Positions 1 to 9,239 of a DNA stretch of 64,000 bases are shown here, piece after piece. The number at the start of each line of letters is the position of its first letter. Position 1 is the first letter of the stretch. The stretch comes from Salisapilia sapeloensis CBS 127946. Its lineage: Eukaryota; Protista; Oomycota. A program made the translations under genes and the position numbers. The stretch is from the NCBI GenBank assembly GCA_023334545.1, contig JAADVB010000004.1, positions 1 to 64,000 of the forward strand, written 5' to 3'. Below the pieces are notes generated by a model. It was not told the DNA's origin, ran no database searches, and was given only the letters and a program-made list of their open reading frames with translations.

Positions 1-285
1 TCTTGTACTAAAAGTACGGAAGTAGTGTAAGACACTTGTGCTTTAGAAAGCAAAATGAGAACTGATTGTATTGAGGCTTAATCCGAATACTAGACTTAGC
101 GTTTCTATATACCTACTAAATCCTAATACAATCTCCTTAACCTTCATCTTAGTATGGAAAGGTCTAACGACCATTCATGTTCCTTGTACCTTTGTATTTG
201 CATCACATGCTCTAATACAAGGCCCCACTTCAAGATCCGGAATGTTACCCCAGCTTGGGATACATTCATGTAACTTCCCGTTACA
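1..285. mobile_element. LTR-like repeat, copy 1 (5' part lies outside the window; probable Gypsy-type LTR)
   Basis: Gap-free direct repeat of 3727-4011, with about 20 substitutions in 285 bp by manual alignment. Ends in TGTAACTTCCCGTTACA (canonical ...CA terminus). Confidence 0.8.
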
Positions 286-587
286 AGTACCTTGCTTAAT
301 AACTCGCTAATGTCATTTTCGTGAAAATCTTCTTATCGCAGCTCGCTCTAATCCGTACGCCCCTTGTAGACTTCAAAATAGTACACTAATTATAAGCTAA
401 GCTATTAACACATTATCGCTTTTTTATTAGATAATTGATTAAGATTTGCTTTTTTACATCAAATTTTTTGTCCCGGTCGTTGTACCAGAGACCGAGTCTA
501 GGCCTCGCATTAAAAAGAAGATAGCCCGTAAATGCACCAAACTATTGCTGTGCTTAAAAATGATCTGTAGAATCAAAATTTAAAATT

Positions 588-658
588 TGCGCCGTCCGGG
601 AATCGAACCCGGGGCATCTCGATGGCAACGAGATATTTTACCACTAAACCAACGGCGC
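588..658 (-). tRNA. trnG-GCC: tRNA-Gly (anticodon GCC)
   Basis: Minus strand reads GCGCCGTTGGTTTAGTGGTAAAATATCTCGTTGCCATCGAGATGCCCCGGGTTCGATTCCCGGACGGCGCA. It has a 7-bp acceptor stem, D-loop GG, anticodon stem TCTCG/CGAGA around TT-GCC-AT, a GTTCGATTC T-loop, and T-runs downstream (Pol III terminator). Confidence 0.97.
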
Positions 659-1937
659 TTGTTTCACTCCAGCTATTAAAATTATTACAAGTTGCTAAAA
701 TATGCTAATAGACCTAACGTGTAATTGAGCGAGTTAGAAACGATTGGGCTACACGTAGCCTTCCTCTAGCATGGACAAAGATGATAAACTTTTGCAGTGT
801 AGTACTTCTGAGATAATTTGAAATGATTTACGTTTGAACGCATGCCAATCAAGTTAATTTTACAGACAAAAGCTATGCATATACCATTATAACTGCGATG
901 ACGTGGAATGGTACTGTGATAGGTTTACGAAATCGAAGCCATCGACGTCATTACTGTCCTTGGTGTGCCACCAACCTATCCCATGCCATGGTACAGGCGA
1001 TTTAAGAAAGTAGAAGACTTCTATCAGATCGCAATAAGCAAAATTATAAAAATCACCGAGCTATTTAATTTTAGTTGTGAATGAGTACGTTGCTGCTCGT
1101 CTAGTGCTTATTCGGAGCAACTCAATGAAGTTTCGTAGAAATAGTCTTTGCAGCTTGAACGTCTCTGTATCTTTAATTTGCTACTTTTTGAGGATGCTTC
1201 TACAGCCTACCCCTTCTGCTCGTTATTACTCAGGTAGCCGTGAAAGATGGACGCTACGTGATTACCGGCTTCCTCGATCCCCACGTGATATTTCCTCCAC
1301 CTTTCACCAATGAAACATGCTATCTATCGGTGTAGCTGTGAATGTCACGGGGTTCAGGGCTGATAAACAGCCAATGTAACTTTTGTTACACGTGGTTGTG
1401 CGGCCTAAACAATATTGGTGATGGAACTCAGCCACCCAATTCTAAGTCAAGTGAATAGTAACATGAAGAGGTTTCTTCGTTGGAGTTAAAAACAGACCGA
1501 GAGGGATCCGGTTCCGCACTTTAATTATAAATAATGCTTGGAGTGGTCTTGGGAGGAAGAGTCGCTTATTTCGAGAAAGATCAAGATTTTTGATGAATAG
1601 AAGATAGGGATAAACGTAGACTTCGTTTTGAAAGCCTTCTTGTTGTCCGTTAAGTTATACCTGTCAACTTGAACAGAGTACTGTTGACCGGCATAACGCA
1701 GTTCTCAAAATCAACAATGTATCACGGGGGTGTCATCATCGTTTGTGTCAAATCTTCTCTTTTTCTTCAAAACACCATATGGCGATCTCCTCATCCATCA
1801 CATACAAAACGCAGATCGATTGATAAAGCGTAGTTGACTATACCAAACCACCGCGGACTGTGACAAAATTAAGACCATGTCTTAAATCCTCTGCGCACAA
1901 TAGTAGCATCACACCTCGAGTAAAAACGCCGTTGTAA

Positions 1938-2160
1938 ATGAAATGGAGAAAAATCATTAGGCTCATTGTTGAGCACGACGTTGATGCGATCTACAATGCT
2001 GACCAGACTGCTGTATTTTTGAATGCATGTTCACTAACACCTTCGCTCCTCTTGGCAACAAATTTTCATGAGTCCATAATGCTGATGGGAAAAAGAGGAC
2101 GTCACAAGTGTGCTTCATACTGTACCACATGGACGTAAGTTACTTTCGTTTGTCGTGGTC
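1938..2160 (+). pseudogene. pogo/Tigger-type (DDE_1-like) transposase remnant
   Basis: IYNADQTAVF (first catalytic-Asp motif of pogo-like transposases), then after a frameshift KEDVTSVLHTVPHGRKLLSFVVV, resembling the KxRxTxxL...GxKLP-F motif. No TIRs were found. Confidence 0.65.
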
Positions 2161-3661
2161 ACGATCACACCTTCAACAAACCCTAAACAGTAGATCAAGA
2201 ATCAGGCCAAACACCGCAATTTTGTTTAAAAAGTGAAAACCATGAAGGAAACTCACGATATTAATGATGCTAAAATTAATGCCAACGTAAAAGAGTTCGA
2301 CTAGTGGTATTAAATACAATTCTCGCAGATATCACTTTGAAGACCGACCAGATATAAAACGCTATATTCTTGTATATAAAATGAGTTCTCGGATCGTTGA
2401 ACTCCGAGGTTCAAACGTTTGCTGAAAGCTTACATGCGACTCCAATTTCGGTAACTCGGCTATATACAGTTATGTACCAGCCGTCAAATATAGCTTGAAA
2501 TTACCCAGTTGAATTGGGTGCTCGACAGCAATGGCTTTAATGGGTTATAGAGCCAGCTCTTGAAGAGCGAGGTTGTGGTGCTGCGGATGCTTAAATTTCT
2601 TTGTACCACAATGGCGTGTGTGGCAAGTTTGTACTCACTGCACTGCATATGTTCCCAGTAGCTTTCGATTTGACCAACGTACTTGTACAGTCTGGCACAA
2701 ACTGTGAGTTCGCTGGACATGAGCTCGTTCCAGCGGGAGGGACCGAGATGTTGATCAGTGGAGCTAAACAGAGCTTCGCTTGGAAGTAAAAGAAAGAGCG
2801 CGCACCAAGTTTGAGTCTGTAGAGCTGTGAAATAGCGGCTAATAACCGATAGCTTGTGACTTCGCAGACCAAACCCCCTGACAATAGAGCTGACCACGTA
2901 ACACATATAGGACCTAACATCCGCTGGTGGGTTGATCGACACATGCCTACCCCTCTGCAATCAGTGATGGACCACGTCTGCCCGATAAAACCCTAGAAAA
3001 AGAGTTTGACACAGGCTTTTGAAGTACTTTTCCTGTGGACTCGATGTAGTTGGCGCCGGGTAGTACATACCAGCGTCACACCATATATTATTGATATGTC
3101 CATCTTTCTCCTCTTCCTCGCCCGAATATACAATGCTGGTTGGTATCCTTTGGACTTGGACGAGCAGAAATGTGAAATACAAGCGTCGATTCAGACGAGC
3201 TGGTAAAATATTGATGCACTAAACTGCTGAAGGAGCTTGTGTACTCAACCGCAAAATCCATCTTAATTATTGGCTTATCTACTGTGGCGATATTTCTAGC
3301 GTTTTTCCACTGAGCGTTTGTATGAGGGGTTTCAGACTTTGTAGGTGTGGGGCAAGATTGCTCCAGAGATGACAGTATCAATTGAAAGGGTCTTTAGTTC
3401 TAAGATACCATTCTATGCTATTTATAAATCACACCTATCCGTTCTACTAATCGATTGCCCCTATCAAGCAGCATATTAGCATTCATATTCATATTAGAGC
3501 CAAACATGTACAGAGTGTCCTTTTTAGATACGGTAATTGGGGAATTTAATGCATATTTATCAATTAGATACTAGACAATAACAACGAAATCGATTCTTTA
3601 TTTTTAGTTTTACCAGATAGTGAGTTCATTTTCAATTCCCGTATGGGCTCCTCATGCTATT

Positions 3662-4011
3662 TGTGACGGAAGTCACAACGATAGCCCTTTCAACGTAAGA
3701 AAAGAGTAAAACGCGGAGTATGAAACTCCTGTACTAAAAGTACGGAAGGTGTGGAAGACACTTGTGCTTTAGAAAACAAAATGAGAACTGATTGTATTGA
3801 GGCTTAATCAGACTACTAGACTTTGAGTTTCTATATACCTACTAAATCCTAATACAATCTCCTTGATCTTACTCTTAGTACGGGAAGGTCTAACGACCAT
3901 TCATGTTTCTTGTACCTTTGTATTAGGATCACATGCTCTAATACAAGGCCCCACTTCAAGATCCGGACTGTTACCCCAGCTTGGGATACATTGATGTAAC
4001 TTCCCGTTACA
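3662..4011. mobile_element. Complete 350-bp solo LTR-like repeat, copy 2
   Basis: TG...CA ends with imperfect terminal inverted repeats (TGTGACGGAAGTCACA ... TGTAACTTCCCGTTACA). Homologous to 1-285. Flanks CTATT/GTGCG do not form a TSD. Confidence 0.8.
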
Positions 4012-6558
4012 GTGCGAAAATGTGATGCCCACGATACATCACACAGCAACTCCGTTGTACGACCGGATGCACGTTAGCTTAGCGGGCAGCTTACTATGAA
4101 CTCGGTCGTATTTGCTGAAGGGTCGAGGGCAAAAGGTAGAACGTTCATGCATGATCGGAGAGATCATGCAGGGATTGATCTGTCACGGCGGAAGACCAAA
4201 CTCTATAAGGCGAAGACTTAAGCTGTAAAAAGGGTGGTCGAAGCCAACAGGGGAACGTACGGAGAACTACCCTGGTTGTTGCGCAAGATAGAGGCTACTA
4301 ACCCTGGTACTCAGTGCGTTTTACAACTGGATACGGTTTGAAGATTCTACCGAATGTTTGTTTGCCTTGGAGATGTCATCAAAGTGTACCACCGCTTAAT
4401 TCCAGTAATTTAATGCAAAAGGACATTTGTGAAGAGTGATTATTACAACGGAATTTGCCTGATGCTGCTTGGAGTCGATGAGGATCGAACAAATCTGCCT
4501 CTTTCTTTCGCTCTTGCGCCAAAGGAAACAGTTGACAATTTCATTTGACTCTTTTTAAAGCTATCGAAAGCAGGATAAATCTGCCTGGGTTGCCTATGTT
4601 CGTTTACCGTGGAAAGCAACTAGCGGCTCAACAACGGATACAAGCGCGTGCAGCAAATTAGCACCGTAAATTCTGCTCTTGGCATATTACGGGCAATATT
4701 CTTGCTGCCTACAGTCATTCCAAGAACATGATTCTAAAAGCAGTGATTCTGCATCTACTGTCCGCCAGCCACTATGAAGCGTATATGTGTCTCATAAACG
4801 CAATTGACAGAATACGATAAGTCCCAAAACTAGGCAAACGACAGATTTCGCTAAAGGATTAATTGTTAAATTTATATTCGTCGAGCTGGGCTCAGCTCCG
4901 GAATTAATCGGACGCTGTCATGACGTGCAAGAAGGGTGCCTGTAATGAAACAAGTGATTATGGCGATCCGTTGCCGCTCCATGGCATCGTACAACTGGGA
5001 ACACCGAAGGCGAAAACAACGTATTGATCATAGATGGTTTTCGCAAGCAACTCCCAATCGGATGTTTATACTCGCATTTGAGTTGAGTTAAAGGCTTGAC
5101 TCAAGGTCGACTCGAGACTGCATCATCATTGTTGAACCGGAAGCTAGCTCTGTCACCCTATGCAGCGGGACTTCTGAAAAAAGACTCAACATGTAACGCG
5201 TCTTGTTGTGCAGTCCGTAAGCGCAGATAAACAATACAATGTGTGTTTCAAGAAACGTCGTGAGAGAGTGTTTAGTTTGAATATGAAGAACGCGACATGC
5301 ACCCGGTGCTGATTGAGAGAACATTGCAATATTTCATGCTCGCATGTGCTCTGAACTGCATCGATTTCTAGCGACGATGGAAGCCAAGAAAGGATTGCAG
5401 ATCTCTTCCCTTGTCACAAGTTTCCTCTTGCCCATGAGTCTTTGCTTATACGTGCTTAGGGAAACGGTTTTTAAATTAAAAGTGAGAATTTATTAGTTCT
5501 TAGTTCTTAGTTCTTAGTTCTTAGACTATGCCCTACCTTACACATCCTAGCCTATTCAGATCTCCCATAGACTTATATAGGATGATAGAGGTCATCTAAT
5601 CATGCGTACCAACAAAGAACCAAAATAAACAAAGTAGCTATAGTTTCTAAAGAAGCGGTACACAATGCCCGTTACATCCCTCGCTATTACCTCAACACAG
5701 CGCTGGACAGCATGTACTCCAACATATCTGTTGTGATCCTTGACGGATCTCACCTTCCAACCGACGATGTCGTGAAGCCAGCCCCACAGTCCAGTAAGAA
5801 GGCCAACGGCCTTGTTTCCGAAGCGTGAGCGACGTCGGAAGCGTAGATTTTGCAGTGTCGGTCAGGGAACTGGAGGCAAAACATCTAAGAAACTGCGACC
5901 GAAGGACGCTCAATCGGCTCTCGATGAATATGTGTTGAAACTTGATGTGCACGACGAAGAGAGTGAAGAGGTCTCAGATCAGACATATTTCGATCGGCAT
6001 GGTGCTACTATAGATGGATCGACTGTTACATCCAGGCTAGAAGAGATGACCGAGCATCTTTTAGAATCACCGAGGGGAGTATGGAATCCATATAGATGTA
6101 GGATTTGTGGTTCATCCACTCATAACTTCCGTCAGTACCAGGAAAAGCTTGCTCCATACGTCAATGACAGTGCAACGGAGCCTCAGCCAGGTGATTACGT
6201 CTTAGGAAGTGATGTCTTCGCACATTTTGCGGATATCGACACAGAATTGTTTGACACGCCCGATTTAGCCGAACCTGGTGTTCTACTTGAAGATATTCTA
6301 GACATACTGGTTGACTTCGTAAATCACGAGAGCCTAGAAGAGCTCATCGCTCTGGATTGCAGCGACGATGAAAAGTATTTAGTCAAAAGTCGCCTCAACC
6401 GAACTATAGCACACGCCCGTCAGCCTATCAACTGCCCGAATGGCAAAAAGAATCCTCCACCTACGGATACCACCGCATCCCCGAAAGCGACTACATCAAG
6501 TACAAATGATGACATTGAAAAGAAGGTGATTCCGACGTTCGTACTTCATGCGAGCTAG
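4012..6558 (+). pseudogene. Mutator-like (MULE) transposase remnant with SWIM and CCHC-type zinc motifs
   Basis: From 4342: RFYRMFVCLG...PVI*CKRTFVKSDYYNGICLMLLGVDEDRTNLPLSFALAPKETVDNFI*LFLK (MULE core with the DGT motif decayed). FCSWHITGNI (CxxH motif) at 4671-4700, SWIM-like TCTRC*LREHCNISCSHVL at 5295-5350, and Zn knuckle CRICGSSTHNFRQY at 6097-6138. Several stops and frameshifts. Confidence 0.8.
5493..5524 (+). repeat. (TTAGTTC)4 TTAG heptamer microsatellite
   Basis: Four perfect 7-bp units plus a partial unit, read directly from the sequence. Confidence 0.95.
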
Positions 6559-6699
6559 CAGCCAAACCGTTAAAGGATATACCCGATTGTATATCAATAT
6601 TTGCGATGACGTCGGCTTGGACGACAAAACTTGAATGCGCGCTAGATCTACTTGCCAAGATGGAGATAGCTTCTGAAAAATTTCTCGTCAAGGTGGCAG

Positions 6700-7354
6700 T
6701 GATGGATTCATACGTCTCACCTCGCGTATGCTATGGCATCTAAGACCAAATGTGTGGTTAAATGAAGAGATACTCAACTCATTTTGTGAGTTTCTCGTGG
6801 AACGTTTCGAAGCAGAGAAGGTCGTTGCTCTCCCTTCTCAATGGTATACCGCATTGTGCAACATCGACAAAGATGATACCAGTGCAACAGAGATCAACTA
6901 CGAAACAGTGTGTCAATGGCACACCAAACTTGTATCATGCTGTTACGATGTGAATTATGTAGTCGCTCCGATTCATATGAGTGCACACTAGATGGGACTG
7001 GTGGTCTCGATGAAGAAACGACAAGTTGGAGTACTCAACTCAATACAGAATGGTGTACTAGCGAGCACCCGACAGCAGAAGGCGATAAACCAAGTCTTCG
7101 CATTTCTGAAAGAGGATGCAAAGGTCAATAGCTGGCCATTCGACAGCAAAGAGAGGACTAGTATGAGTTTCACTGAAGCAATCCCACAACAGACGAACAG
7201 CTACGACTGTGACATATTTGCCTGTATCAATGTCTTAAGTGTTCTACTAGACAAGCCATGGGTAGATCCTGACGCCATCGACAAGTACGGTCACATATAC
7301 ATCTTTGCATGCATCATGACGGACGACATGCTCCGAAGCCAGAGGAAATCGTAA
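6700..7354 (+). pseudogene. Ulp1/SENP-like (peptidase C48) protease domain remnant, cargo of the MULE
   Basis: LRPNVWLNEEILN (WLNDxxIN motif), VAPIHMSAH* (catalytic His followed by Trp-to-TAG stop at 6989-6991), and IPQQTNSYDCDIF (PQQxNxxDCG motif, Cys codon at 7208-7210). Confidence 0.8.
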
Positions 7355-8161
7355 GAGTGTAAAATGTGGACTTCAAGAAAAGGCTGCTATGTATACTGTG
7401 ACGTATGCGACGACTGGGCACACGCAGAGTGCACGCCTGAACGGGACGTTGAAAAGTATTTCCTGCACTCGTACGTGTGCACTCCATGTGGAGGCAAAGA
7501 TCGACGCAGTAATTCGATCGAAGAAGGACTGCAATGATTCCACTTCACGCAAATCGATACAAGACGATCGATGAAGTCAAGGGATAGCTTGCGCACCCTT
7601 TCTCGTCAACATTGCTTCCAGAATGTGCACGACTACGCGCAATGCAATGATCATCTGTGTTTATCATCACCGGGTCAATGTACGAATAGATCGTTCCATA
7701 GACCTCTTGGGGGCCTAAAGACAACCAGTTCATTGCCTTGGATGTCGTTATGAACCAAGGTCCTGGGGCGCGAGCAGCAAAAGACATCTACGAGGGAGAA
7801 TTTATCAGGGAATACACGAGTGAGGTCATGTATTATCAAAAATGCCTCATTTTGAGCTACGGGAAGAGATGACATACCACTAGAAATTGCTCCACCAGCG
7901 CCACAGCAAACCCACATGGGCCCTCTTGTTGTCAACGCCGCCAAAGCGGACAATATTACCAGATTTATAAACTATGCATGCGAGCCGAACACGAGATGTG
8001 AGGTGTGGTATGTGGATGGTTACGATAGCGCCGGGATATCCCCTCGCCGCGATATTGTGCAAGGCGAAGGGTTGACATTTGACTACGAAAATGTATGCAG
8101 CATTCGAGTCTGCCAATGTGTTGGATGTGCTAAGATGACAGAGTTAAAAGCGTTTGGATAA
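7355..8161 (+). pseudogene. PHD finger + AWS-like + SET domain remnant, cargo of the MULE
   Basis: In the same frame as the Ulp1 ORF, after its TAA: YCDVCDDWAHAEC...YVCTPC (PHD, 7397-7489) and CFQNVHDYAQCNDHLCLSSPGQCTNRSFHR (AWS-like). After frameshifts: QGPGARAAKDIYEGEFIREYTSEV and NITRFINYACEPN...RDIVQGEGLTFDY...CQCVGC (SET and post-SET-like). Confidence 0.78.
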
Positions 8162-8924
8162 AGTTTATGTGATGGCTTCTAAAGCTTGTAGTTGATTTGC
8201 CCGTGTACATCTATGTAAAATGACTGCAAGTGTGTATTGGCGGACAGTGACCTTTACTCAGCTCATGTTATGTTATTGGATGCAATTTAGACGTATTTGC
8301 AGAAATGTTTCTTTCATAGCTCTCGGTAATTTATCTTACGACCTTTCGTGCTCATTTTAAATATAAAATTGTATAAATTTTTTATTTGAGGCATTCGCAA
8401 ATTTGACCTCAAATTTGACGCCAATAGGTCATATTTATTCTGAATTCGACGTATCGGCGGATTAATCCGATGGCTTAAGCCCCCTTAGAGCTTATAGTCG
8501 TACTTTGCAAACATCGTCCAGACTTGGACAGGAAAAGGTGTCGTAGGTTGAAATTGGTTTGTTCTTTCAAGGCCGTAGAAAAGGAAATTGTGCACGACTC
8601 AGGATCTTAAATGGTTGTTGGTCATCTAAACGTCCGTTTTGGATCCAGGCTACAAGATCTTAAAAAATCGTTTCAACTTTAGCTTATTGGATCAAGGTGA
8701 TTGAAACTCCTGTCTGCTTAATCTCATTTCTACTTGCACTTTGCACTTTCGTATCCGTTATGGAACGGATGCCAAAGAGATCTCCGTAGCTTAGCTCAGT
8801 AGGAAATTTGCTTTCAATTAAAAAAGACATTCAGAACTCAAGTGCTTTATTGCTTTGGCTCGTGGAACCTGCACAGAAATGCACACATATCTTTGAACAA
8901 AATCCCTGGCACAATGTAGCATTA

Positions 8925-9143
8925 GGGGTGTCAAACCTGCCTAAAAAGTGCCTCATTTTTCTTAGATAAGATTCTCATTTTTTGGCTCTACTGCTTTTAG
9001 TTTTAAATAAAACGAACCACCTCTGAAGGTGCTTCATCTTATTTGGGGACTGACCGATTCATGAGCGCTTGGAATACAACGTCCGATTATTTGGCAATTA
9101 GACACCTCATTATATTTTGCGATTTTGACAGGTTTGACACCCC
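8925..9143. mobile_element. 219-bp MITE (PIF/Harbinger-Tourist-like by its ends)
   Basis: Perfect 15-bp TIR GGGGTGTCAAACCTG (8925-8939 / 9129-9143), AT-rich non-coding interior, and 3-bp flanks TTA / CTA (near-TSD). Confidence 0.7.
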
Positions 9144-9239
9144 CTATTGGCAACGGCTCCAGTCATCCATTATTTATTTTTAGTTTCACATCATAATTAG
9201 ACTTTTTGCTAGCCAAGAACCAGTAGTACACGCTCCAAG

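Noticed and set aside
286-3661. Intact LTR retrotransposon internal region
   Set aside because: No gag, protease, RT, RNase H or integrase motifs, no long ORF, and no PBS/PPT adjacent to either LTR.
5493-5524. TTAGTTC array as an interstitial telomere
   Set aside because: The oomycete telomere unit is TTTAGGG. This unit lacks the G-run and has only about 4.5 copies.
4342-8100. Many inactivating changes in the MULE look like G>A or C>T (TGG>TAG/TGA, GGC>GAC, TGC>TAC, CAT>TAT), suggesting RIP-like or methylation-driven hypermutation
   Set aside because: Ancestral bases are guessed from motifs, Trp-to-stop changes are G>A by necessity, and the one directly comparable pair (the two LTRs) shows more transversions than transitions. 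A consensus-based substitution spectrum would be needed.
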